A stretch of DNA of 59,998 nt from Planctomycetota bacterium (GTDB lineage: Bacteria; Planctomycetota; UBA8742; SKZP01), in assembly GCA_050249295.1 (NCBI GenBank), contig JBFWQT010000002.1:1-59998 (forward strand), given 5' to 3'. The position numbers and the translations under genes are program-made. This document shows positions 1-8,620 of the stretch, in pieces. The notes under the pieces are model-generated. The model saw only the letters and a list, made by a program, of their open reading frames with translations. It had not been told where the DNA came from and ran no database searches. Every line of letters starts with the position of its first letter. Within the stretch, counting starts at the first letter, position 1.

Positions 1-886
1 CGCGCTCCGGATCGCCGAGGTCGGTACGAACCACGCCAAGGTTCACCCACGCCTGCGCGTCGCCGGGATCCAGCGTCACGGTACGTTCGTAGTCGGCGAA
101 CGCGCCGGCGAGGTCGCCCTGATCGGCGCGGGCCGCGGCCCGCGTGAACCACGTCAAGGGGTCATCCGGATCGAGTTGCAGCGCCATGTTGAAGTCGAGC
201 ATCGCGCCCGCCACGTCGCCGGTGCGAAGGCGCATCTGGCTGCGTTCGCGGTAGATCTCGGGCTGCCTCGCGTCCAGCGCGATCGATGTGGTGAACTCGT
301 CGATCGCCGCTTGCGGGTTGCGTTCGTCCCGATAGACGCGGCCGCGCGCATTGTGTGGTTCGGCCTGGTCCGGGGCCAGGTTGACGGCGTGATCGGCGGC
401 TTCGCGGGCACCATCGATGTCGCCCCTGGTGAGGCACGCCATTGTCAGGCCGCACCAGCCGTCGGGGTCATCGGGGTCCAGACGGACTGCTTCCCGGTAG
501 TCGGCAATCGCCAGGTCAATGTTGTTGAGCTTCCGGTGTGCCAGGCCGCGGTATTGCCACGCCCACGAATCGTGCGGAGCCAGTTCGATCGCGCGATCGA
601 GATCCACCAGTGCCTGCTCGACCCGGCCCTGGTCGTACAGGAAACGCGCGCGGTTGAGGTAGTGCTCGCCGCGGCGCGGTTCGGCTCCGATCGCCCGCGT
701 GATCTGTTCGATCGCGCCGTCCACGTCGCCGAGGCTGCCGCGCAACCAGCCCGCGTTGCCATTGCCGATACCGGCGAAGTGCGGATCCTCGGCGGCGCGC
801 GTGAAGCAGTCGATGGCGCCCAGCTTGTCGCCGTCGGCCGCGTCGATCATGGCGCGCTGGTACCAGTCGCGCGCGTTGATGGTCAC
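1..886 (-). CDS. TPR-repeat protein, partial (runs off the left edge). Either a separate gene from GTG 886-884, or the frame-shifted C-terminal part of the upstream kinase.
   Basis: Not in the ORF track because it has no stop inside the window. My translation of the minus frame (codon first bases = 1 mod 3): VTINARDWYQRAMIDAADGDKLGAIDCFTRAAEDPHF...EHYLNRARFLYDQGRVEQALVDLDRAIELAPHDSWAWQYRGLAHRKLNNIDLAIADYREAVRLDPDDPDGW...FADYERTVTLDPGDAQAWVNLGVVRTDLGDPER. This shows regular 34-aa TPR periodicity. The + ORF 176..1012 is its antisense shadow. Confidence 0.7.
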   Translation of the reverse strand, partial: MTINARDWYQRAMIDAADGDKLGAIDCFTRAAEDPHFAGIGNGNAGWLRGSLGDVDGAIEQITRAIGAEPRRGEHYLNRARFLYDQGRVEQALVDLDRAIELAPHDSWAWQYRGLAHRKLNNIDLAIADYREAVRLDPDDPDGWCGLTMACLTRGDIDGAREAADHAVNLAPDQAEPHNARGRVYRDERNPQAAIDEFTTSIALDARQPEIYRERSQMRLRTGDVAGAMLDFNMALQLDPDDPLTWFTRAAARADQGDLAGAFADYERTVTLDPGDAQAWVNLGVVRTDLGDPER

Positions 887-2373
887 GAGCGACGGCTGCG
901 TCCGGGCTGTGGCAAACAGGTCATCGAGTGCGCGCCGGTAGCGCGCACGCTGCGCGTCAGCCAGGTCTCCAGCTGGTCCGGTGGCAAGCCGCGTTCCATC
1001 GCGGCGTTGTAGAGCCGGTCCAGTTCGTCGAGAGACTCGTCGCGGCGATTCTCGACGCGCGCGCCGATCTCGTGTGCGACGTCTTCCCACTTGCGGCGGC
1101 TGGCCAGCTCGCGCACGCGGGCCTCGCGCTCGATCGCGGCGCGCGCGTCGGCGGCCGCCACCTGCTGGGCCATGATCGCCACGATCGCCGCAATCACCGC
1201 CGCGAACAGCAGGCACATCCCGCCGGCCAGGGCCGTGCGCGGGTTCCGGCGCGCCCAGCGCATCGCGCGCTCCAGCAGGCCGGCGCGCCACGCGGTGGAT
1301 GGCCGCCAGGTCTGCCACGCCTCGATGTCGGCCTTGAGCCCGGCCACCGACCCGTAGCGGTCGTCCGGCTTGCGCGCCATCGCCTTGAGCACAATCGCCT
1401 GCAGCTCGCGCGGAATGCGCATGCCGGGGGCACGGCGCCGCGGCGGCGTCAGGTCGTGGTGCGCCGCGGCCGACAGCGTCTCGATTGCGGTGCGGCCCTG
1501 GTACGGCGTCTCGAGCGTCAGCATGTGGTAGAGCACCGCGCCCAGCGCGAACACGTCGGCCCGCTCGTCGATCTCGTCGATTCGTCCCAGGGCCTGCTCC
1601 GGCGGCATGTACGCGGGCGTGCCGAAGATGTCGCCCTCCATGGAGTGGATGTCGCCCGACTCGCGCGCGCTGACCCGCACCGCGGCGGGGGCCGGGCCGG
1701 GCGCGGCGGCGGGTCGTCCAACGGCGCTCCGATCGACCGGCCTGGCGAGGCCCCAGTCGACGACCAGCACTTCGCCGTATGCGCCGACCATGATGTTGTG
1801 CGGCTTCAGGTCGCGGTGGATCACGCCGCGGTTGTGCGCGAACGCGACGGCATCGCAGACCTTGGCGAACAGGCCGAGGATCTCGTTGAAGTCTTCCTGC
1901 CGCAGCGCGTGGCGGCCCCGGCCCTTGTGCGCCGCCTTGCGGTCGTTGATCACCTCGGCCAGCGAGCGGCCATCGATGCGCTTCATCGCCAACCACGGCC
2001 GGCCCGACGGATCGCGGCCGAGTTCGTAGACCGGCACGATGTTGGGATGCTGCAACTGGCTGGTGATCTGCGCCTCGGCCGTGAAGCTCAGCACGGCATC
2101 GGGCTTTCCGCTGTGCAGGAACTTGATCGCCAGCTCGCGGCCGAGCTCCGGATCCTCGGCGAGGCGCACTGTGCCCATGCCGCCGCGGCCGAGCTCCGGG
2201 CCGAGCACGAAGCGCTGCGTGAATTCGCGAGGCATCGCACCGCTGCCCGGGGCGGTGACGCCGGCCGTGACGGGCACGCCGGTGCTGCGCGCACTCGCAA
2301 TGGTCGTCTCGACGCGCCGGCCTCCCCGGCGCGGAATGGTCGGGTCGTTGTCGGGCAGGTGAGCGGAGTCCAT
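883..2373 (-). CDS. Hanks-type Ser/Thr protein kinase with one TM helix after the kinase domain
   Basis: ORF 883..2472(-). Motifs: GRGGMGTV (G-loop), LAIKFL (beta3 Lys), HRDLKPHNIMV (catalytic loop), DWGLARP (DFG position), GTPAYMPPEQ (APE). TM helix: ALAGGMCLLFAAVIAAIVAIM. The track start at 2472 is TTG; I use the first ATG (MDSAHLPDND) at 2373. The start is uncertain. Confidence 0.85.
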   Translation of the reverse strand: MDSAHLPDNDPTIPRRGGRRVETTIASARSTGVPVTAGVTAPGSGAMPREFTQRFVLGPELGRGGMGTVRLAEDPELGRELAIKFLHSGKPDAVLSFTAEAQITSQLQHPNIVPVYELGRDPSGRPWLAMKRIDGRSLAEVINDRKAAHKGRGRHALRQEDFNEILGLFAKVCDAVAFAHNRGVIHRDLKPHNIMVGAYGEVLVVDWGLARPVDRSAVGRPAAAPGPAPAAVRVSARESGDIHSMEGDIFGTPAYMPPEQALGRIDEIDERADVFALGAVLYHMLTLETPYQGRTAIETLSAAAHHDLTPPRRRAPGMRIPRELQAIVLKAMARKPDDRYGSVAGLKADIEAWQTWRPSTAWRAGLLERAMRWARRNPRTALAGGMCLLFAAVIAAIVAIMAQQVAAADARAAIEREARVRELASRRKWEDVAHEIGARVENRRDESLDELDRLYNAAMERGLPPDQLETWLTRSVRATGAHSMTCLPQPGRSRRS

Positions 2374-2494
2374 GCGCCGGGAGGAGCCAGAGTGCGGTGC
2401 GATCGCGAGCGCGCCATCTTCACCCCCTGCGAGCGGGGGTTCAAGCGGCGGCGTCGGGATCGCACCGCGCAATGACCCGGGCCCGTACTGCCGG

Positions 2495-5400
2495 TCAGTC
2501 CGCGCGATCCGACAGACGACTCACCACCACGGACTGGTCCGCGTCACCGGCCGGCACCGTGAGATTGGCGATCGGCACGAGCTCACCCTTCTGCGTCAAC
2601 GTGGCGCGGAAGCGGCGGGCGGCGGCGCGGGACGTACCTTCGTCGGTGAGGATCGTCACCGAGATCGTGGTCAGCGGTATGCCGGTGCGGCCCGAATAGT
2701 AGTGGGCCTGCACCAGGTAGTCGCCGGCACCGGCACTGACCAGACTGAACACCTCGGGGCCGTGGCCGGTCGTGATGTCGTCGATCAGCTTGCCACCCCA
2801 GGCCGTGTCGCGGTGCCGGTAGTAGCAGCGGTCCTTGCCGTGAGTCACCCACAGGTCGATGTCGGTGTCGGTGTCCCACTCGACAATCACCTTGATTCGA
2901 GCCGGTTGCAGGCCCGGCGTGCGCAGTTCCATGATGCGCGAACGCAGCAGCTCGGCCGTGGTCGTATCGCCACTGGCGCGGGCGGCAGCTTCAGCACGCG
3001 ACAGGTACAGCGCCAGCTCGCGATCGGCCAGCTTCACCACGTTGCCGAACCGGCTGTCCCAACTGGTGGTCACCAGCTTGCGGTGCATGGCCTCCACCAC
3101 CTCGAGCCCGGCATCGCGCGCGATGGCCATGCGCAGCATGTCGAGCATGCTGGCGGGCTCCTCGGGCCGCAGCTCCAGCGCATTGCGGAAGCAGCGCTCC
3201 GCCTCGGCGTAGCGTCCGGCGGCCGCGAAGCGGCGACCCAGCGTGCGCTGCGGATCGGCCTCGCGCGGGGCGAACTCGACCACCGAGGTGATCCAGCGCC
3301 ACGCCAGTCCGGTGTCGCCGCGATCCAGCAGCGCGTTGCCGTGCAACGCGTAGACGTTCACGTCGAACGGGTGATCGCGTCGCCATGCTTCGGCCACGTG
3401 GGGCGGTGGCGCGCCGCCGTTTTCCTCCAGGCTGTGCCAGAGCTGGCGGTACTCGGCACTCGACAACACCAGCCGGTCGAGCACCACGCTGAGGCAATGC
3501 TGGTACAGCGCGTCGTGGCCGTCGGCGCGCAACAGGCCGGCGAGACCGAGCAGCGCGCGGTAGTGCCTGGCGATGTCCGGACTCTCCAGCACGGCTTCGG
3601 CGTGCTGTGCCGCTGACCAGTCGATGTGCTGCGCGCGGAGCGCCGCGAAGACGGTGACATACGACGCGCCACCTTCGACAGCCGCTTCGACGTGGAGCGG
3701 CGCCGCGACCTGCAGGTCAATGCCGGGGGCACTGTCGAGCAGCGTGCGCAGCGCGTTGACCTCGTGCGGGCGCAACCGGAAGTAACGCAGGGCGAGCGTG
3801 CCGGAGCCGGGCTGGGCCGGCTCCTGGCGCAGCAGTCCGAGCGCCTCGGCGAGCACGTCGGCGCGCTCATCGGAGCAGGCCATACCGGCGAGCAGCGCGC
3901 ACCGACCCGCCAGTTCGTGGTCGCCGATCGTGCGCAGCACGGCGGCAACGTTGAGCAGCGAGCGTGGCGCCGGCGGTTCGGTGCGCAACAACTCGCGCGC
4001 CACCATCGAGAGCGCGTCGCCGGCTTCGAGCCGTTCTTCAGCCACGATCATGGCCTCGAGCAGGGCGTCGTGGTTGGTGCAGCACGCGGCCAGGTGAATG
4101 CGCGCGACCTCGTGGCGGTAGCCCTCCGGCAGATCGTCCAGCGCATCAGCGGTGTCGGCGCAGGCCAGTGCAGCCGCCGTCGAGTACGGCCGGGCGTCGA
4201 GCCAGGCGCGTGCCGACTGCAGGCGGGCAGCCTGGTCGCCGGACGCGACGAACACCTGGTACACGCACTGCAGCACGCCGGCGTGGTCCTCGAACCGCGT
4301 CAGCAACGTGTGCGCCGTGGCGACCATCTCGGCGCACGCATCGCCGCCGATCTCGCGGTCGAGTTCCAGATGCCGCACAGCCAGTCGCGCATCGCGCGGC
4401 CAGCGGCGCTCGAGCCGGACGAGCAGTTCGCGGGCCTCGGGCAGGTAGTCGGTGCCCTCGAACCAGCGCAGCAGGCCGGCATGCACAAACTCCTGCTGTG
4501 CCGGGTACTTGCCCGGACGGATCGCGCCGACGGCCGACCAGGTGAAGGTGGCGCGTTCGGCGTTGTCCACGCTGTCGGCCGGGCAGAGCGCGCGCAGCGC
4601 GTCCGCAAGGTCGAGGATCGCCTGGCGTTCGGCCGGCTCATAGTCGGCCAGCGCCGCGACGAGTTGATCGCGTGTCTGAATCTGCAGCATCGGCGTGGCC
4701 GCGCCCGGCAGCGGCAGGCCGTCGGTGGTTGATTGATAGCCGGTGCGCGGTCCACCCTCGGCGTTGCCATCGGTGACGCTCGCCAGGAAGGTGAGTCCGC
4801 CGCTGAACGCCGCCACCGGCACGTCCAGATCGGCCATGCGTGCGGTGCGCAGTGCGACGATGGCCCACGCCGTGGTCAGCGTGTTGCTCTTTCCATCGCG
4901 CGGGTTGTTGCCCCACCCGTCAGCCACGTCGTCATGCTGGTTCTGCGACGCGCAGATGAAGTCCACGCCCTTCTGGGCCGGCCCCTTGAGCAGGTTGGCG
5001 CCGGTCATCGCGTACGCCTCAGCCATCGCCATCGTGCACACGATATGGGCGATCAGCACCATCGAGCCCTTGCGACCGCGGTGGTCGAAGCAGCCGTCGT
5101 GGTCCTGGACAGCCTTCAGGTAGCGCAGGGCCTTCTTGACGACGTTGGCGTACTCACCCTCGGTGTGCGTGTAGCCGGCCGACAGGAAGGCGAGCAGCGA
5201 CAGGCCGGTGACCATGGTGCTGGCGTCGGGATGCGACGGATCGAGCGACAGCGCCTGCTCGACGCCGAGGCGTCCGGCCGTGCGCAGATTGATCGCCAGC
5301 TGCCCGGCGTCGGCCGGCCACGAGCCATCAATGTTCTGCGAGTCGGCGAGGAACCTGAGCGACAACATGGTGTTCTGCACGCTGCGATGCCCGCCGCCGC

Positions 5401-8400
5401 CGCTCGCCCGGCGGTACCGGTGCCCGCCCGAGCCGCCCGCCGAACCGCCGCCACCGCCGATGTTGCCTCCCATGCCGAGCGACCCGTTGAATCCCTGGTT
5501 CGGGTACGGCGACTCGACGTTCGACGAATCGGGAGTCGGGTTGGGCCGCAGGTCGGCGTTGGTCGGATCGTTGGTCGGATCCTCGTTGTGATCGTCCCGC
5601 ACGTCGCGATCGGCCTGCGGGTCGTCGTGCGCGGGCGGCGTCGGGTCCGGATTCTGGAGCTGGATCGGCGCGTGACGGTCCGCGTCGCCGGAGCTGTCGC
5701 CAGCTTGCGCCTGCGCCGGTGCATCCGGGGAAGCGGGCGCGGGGTCGGCCGGGGGCGGCTCGGGTGCGCCGGGCGCGCCGCCCACCTTTTCGTAGCGGTA
5801 GTACACCGCGAGCGTGAGCACGCTCATCGCCGTGGCGTAGACGCGGCCGTAGCGCTGGCTCCACGCGCCGTCCGGGTTCCAGCTGCCATGGCGCGGAGCC
5901 TGGTCGGCGCGGCATCCCGGGACCGGTTCGGCGATGACCTGATTGGTGACCACCGCGGGGCCGACGGAGGCCTCCCACCGGCTCCACCACCTGTTGCCGA
6001 GCTGGAACATCGCGTGCGTGCCGAAGTACCAGTACAGCTCGTCCGGCTCGTTGGCGGCCGGCAACTGGCGCAGCAGGCGCGCGGCCTGGGCCGCGACGGC
6101 CGGATTGTTCTTGTCTTGCCGGACGACCAGCTGGGCGAGCACATTGGCCGCGTCGAGGGTCGGGTGCGACTGCGCGTTGAAGCGCGCACGCAGCACCGGA
6201 TCGGCCGGGTACAGGTCGTCGGGCATCTGCTCGTCGACCGGTGTTGCCGGCGCCGGTGCGGCCGATGCGGCCGGTGCAGCCTCGGGCGATGGCGCGGCCG
6301 GTTCCTCGACTGGCTCGTCGGCTGGTTCATCCGTCGGCTGCTCCGGAGCGGCCGGTGCCGCCGGTGTGGCCGAGAGTCGCGCGGCCAGCAGCATCTCGGT
6401 GTCTTCGGGCGCGGCATGAATCCGCGTGATGCCGAAGCGGCGGTAGTCCTGCTCGGTCTCCAGCACGAGCACGGCCGTGGCCTGCGTGAGGATGCGGTAG
6501 CGACGCGAGTGCGCGATGATGTCGAACCCGTCGGGCACGCCGGCCGGGTTGCGCTGCGCCTCGTTGGCGGTCTCCACGGCCCAGTGGCGCGCCACCAGCG
6601 GCGACGACGTTCGCGTCAGCGGCACATCCATCAGCTGGCGTTGCGCACCGCGCTCGATCAGCACCTGCAGCACCGGCGACGCATCCTGCGGCAAGCGGAA
6701 GCGGCCGCAGATCGTCGCGCGTGCGTTCACGGAGGGCAGGTTGCCGGGGCGCAGATCGCTGACCGTGCCGCCCTTCATGGCAATCGACACAACGCGCGCG
6801 GGTGGCGTGGCAATCGCACCGACGAGTTCGCTGACCGCACGATGCATGTCCACGCCGTCGTGTGCCGGCACGACCGTCCCGCGGAACGCACCGGCGAGCG
6901 CCGAGAGCACCAGCTCGTCGATGCTCGACCCGACGGCCAGCGCCGAGATGCGGGTCTGATCGTTGCCCGCAAGTTGCTGCTGCACAGCCTGCCGCACGTC
7001 GTCTGGCCGGAACTCGCCGAGCGTGGCAATGCCGTCGCTGACGATCACGATGTGGTGGTCGTGTGCGGACCCTGCCGCCGCGTGCGCGTCAATCGCGGCC
7101 GACACGGCGCCGACCAGGTTGGTGCCGCCCAGCAACGGGTCGTTGCCGAGTTCGTGATCGAGCCATGCGGTCGCCCGCGCCGCGCCGCCAGCAAACGTTC
7201 CGTGCGGCCGGGCCGCGATGTCGAAGGTCATGATGCTGACGCCGTCCGACGCCTCCAGCCGGGACCAGGCATCGCCGGCCATCTGCAGCGCGCGCTTGTA
7301 CGTGCGGCGCGCCACACCGGCCGAGGTGTCGATCAGGAACGTCACGTCGACCGGACGCCGATCAGCAGGCGGCGGCGGGGGGACGGCAAACGACGCCACG
7401 AAGTAGTCCGCGTCGTCGTCGCCGGTGCCAGCCGACGCGAGGCCGCTGTTGCTCGCCAGCTGCCGGCTGCGGATCGCCAGCGTGAAGTCGGACGGCGGAC
7501 GGAACGTGGTCGCGGACGCCGAGAAGTGGCACGCCCGACCGGTCTCGCGCCTCGCATTGCGCTCGTCGTTCAGCCGCGTGCCGAATCCGGTCGAGCGTTC
7601 GACCACGGTGAGGTCGTCACCGCAGCCGGTGACGATGCCGTCGATGCTGAAATGGTCGAGCGGCCGCGAGGCGTGATACGCCACGTTCAGCGGGTAGCGG
7701 TACAGCACGGTGCCGTCAGCTTCCTGCGGCAGGTACTGGCTGTAGGCGAGGATGATCCGCTTGTCGCCGTGCGCCTCGATCGGGAACACGCGCGCGCGGA
7801 ACGTGTTGCCTTCCATCATTTCCAGCAGGGCCGGGTCGCGCTTCTGGCGCAGGATGCTCTCGTAGATGCCGCGCGCCTGGAGCCGTTCGAGGAACTCGCC
7901 TTCCATCAGGCTGTCGCCGACGTACATCGCGAAGCGCGCGAGCGACGAGCCGGCCGGGAGCGGGAAGTAGTAGCGCCCCTCCATGCGCATCGACGTGTTG
8001 TTGTGGAACGTCTGGTCAACGGTGGTGATCGACAGCCGGCCCACGACGTGCACATTCACGGCCAGGCGAGTCACGGCCAGCGGGTCGGTTTCGTCGAGCC
8101 GTTCGACCTGGTCGGGCCCGCTCGTGGTGGTCGGTGCGGGCAACAACACACCGGCCGGCGCATCGTTGCGATACGGAGTGCCATTGGAGTCGAGGTCATC
8201 GGCCAGGTCGGTGGGTACGTCGAGTTGCTGCAGGTCGGAACGACCGGCCGGCGCGTCGACGCTCGCGGTGGAGCTCGCCCCGGACGGTGACGCCGACCGG
8301 CGCTCGCACGCGATGCCGGCCAACAACAGGCACAAGGTGGCGACAAACGTCAGCACCCGCGCGCGGGTACGGACCTTCTCCATCCGGACGGTGTCCGTTT

Positions 8401-8404
8401 GCAT
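2495..8404 (-). CDS. Giant (1969 aa) secreted/lipoprotein-like VIT-vWA protein with prenyltransferase-like alpha/alpha-toroid repeats, a TPR-like region and a C-terminal DUF2135 (YfaP-like) domain
   Basis: ATG at 8404; hydrophobic N-terminus VLTFVATLCLLLAGIAC. VIT: RLSITTVDQTFHN..GRYYFPLPAGSSLARFAMYVGD..FRARVFPIEAHGDKRIILAYSQY (about nt 8090-7700). vWA: VTFLIDTSAG..GGTNL..HHIVIVSDG (about 7370-6850). Toroid repeats: QNIDGSWP, VQDHDGCF, DGWGNNP..TAWAIVALRTA. DUF2135: IKVIVEWDTDTDIDLWV..GHGPEVF..YLVQAHYY (about 2860-2560). Confidence 0.85.
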   Translation of the reverse strand: MQTDTVRMEKVRTRARVLTFVATLCLLLAGIACERRSASPSGASSTASVDAPAGRSDLQQLDVPTDLADDLDSNGTPYRNDAPAGVLLPAPTTTSGPDQVERLDETDPLAVTRLAVNVHVVGRLSITTVDQTFHNNTSMRMEGRYYFPLPAGSSLARFAMYVGDSLMEGEFLERLQARGIYESILRQKRDPALLEMMEGNTFRARVFPIEAHGDKRIILAYSQYLPQEADGTVLYRYPLNVAYHASRPLDHFSIDGIVTGCGDDLTVVERSTGFGTRLNDERNARRETGRACHFSASATTFRPPSDFTLAIRSRQLASNSGLASAGTGDDDADYFVASFAVPPPPPADRRPVDVTFLIDTSAGVARRTYKRALQMAGDAWSRLEASDGVSIMTFDIAARPHGTFAGGAARATAWLDHELGNDPLLGGTNLVGAVSAAIDAHAAAGSAHDHHIVIVSDGIATLGEFRPDDVRQAVQQQLAGNDQTRISALAVGSSIDELVLSALAGAFRGTVVPAHDGVDMHRAVSELVGAIATPPARVVSIAMKGGTVSDLRPGNLPSVNARATICGRFRLPQDASPVLQVLIERGAQRQLMDVPLTRTSSPLVARHWAVETANEAQRNPAGVPDGFDIIAHSRRYRILTQATAVLVLETEQDYRRFGITRIHAAPEDTEMLLAARLSATPAAPAAPEQPTDEPADEPVEEPAAPSPEAAPAASAAPAPATPVDEQMPDDLYPADPVLRARFNAQSHPTLDAANVLAQLVVRQDKNNPAVAAQAARLLRQLPAANEPDELYWYFGTHAMFQLGNRWWSRWEASVGPAVVTNQVIAEPVPGCRADQAPRHGSWNPDGAWSQRYGRVYATAMSVLTLAVYYRYEKVGGAPGAPEPPPADPAPASPDAPAQAQAGDSSGDADRHAPIQLQNPDPTPPAHDDPQADRDVRDDHNEDPTNDPTNADLRPNPTPDSSNVESPYPNQGFNGSLGMGGNIGGGGGSAGGSGGHRYRRASGGGGHRSVQNTMLSLRFLADSQNIDGSWPADAGQLAINLRTAGRLGVEQALSLDPSHPDASTMVTGLSLLAFLSAGYTHTEGEYANVVKKALRYLKAVQDHDGCFDHRGRKGSMVLIAHIVCTMAMAEAYAMTGANLLKGPAQKGVDFICASQNQHDDVADGWGNNPRDGKSNTLTTAWAIVALRTARMADLDVPVAAFSGGLTFLASVTDGNAEGGPRTGYQSTTDGLPLPGAATPMLQIQTRDQLVAALADYEPAERQAILDLADALRALCPADSVDNAERATFTWSAVGAIRPGKYPAQQEFVHAGLLRWFEGTDYLPEARELLVRLERRWPRDARLAVRHLELDREIGGDACAEMVATAHTLLTRFEDHAGVLQCVYQVFVASGDQAARLQSARAWLDARPYSTAAALACADTADALDDLPEGYRHEVARIHLAACCTNHDALLEAMIVAEERLEAGDALSMVARELLRTEPPAPRSLLNVAAVLRTIGDHELAGRCALLAGMACSDERADVLAEALGLLRQEPAQPGSGTLALRYFRLRPHEVNALRTLLDSAPGIDLQVAAPLHVEAAVEGGASYVTVFAALRAQHIDWSAAQHAEAVLESPDIARHYRALLGLAGLLRADGHDALYQHCLSVVLDRLVLSSAEYRQLWHSLEENGGAPPPHVAEAWRRDHPFDVNVYALHGNALLDRGDTGLAWRWITSVVEFAPREADPQRTLGRRFAAAGRYAEAERCFRNALELRPEEPASMLDMLRMAIARDAGLEVVEAMHRKLVTTSWDSRFGNVVKLADRELALYLSRAEAAARASGDTTTAELLRSRIMELRTPGLQPARIKVIVEWDTDTDIDLWVTHGKDRCYYRHRDTAWGGKLIDDITTGHGPEVFSLVSAGAGDYLVQAHYYSGRTGIPLTTISVTILTDEGTSRAAARRFRATLTQKGELVPIANLTVPAGDADQSVVVSRLSDRAD

Positions 8405-8620
8405 CGCATCGACTCCAGCATGGTCTTCAGTCAGTCCACGCCAACCTGAACGGGCGACTGACCCGAAGGTTCGACCTGCTCCGTCTGACGACGGTCAGAG
8501 CCGCCCGGTTACGCGGGGCAGGCCGGCCTGTGCGGGGTCGAGCATTGCGTGCATTCGGTGCAGCGAATAATCTGGCCGGCTCAACTTCAGTTCTGTCTCT
8601 CCCACATGCGGAGTCTTCCG

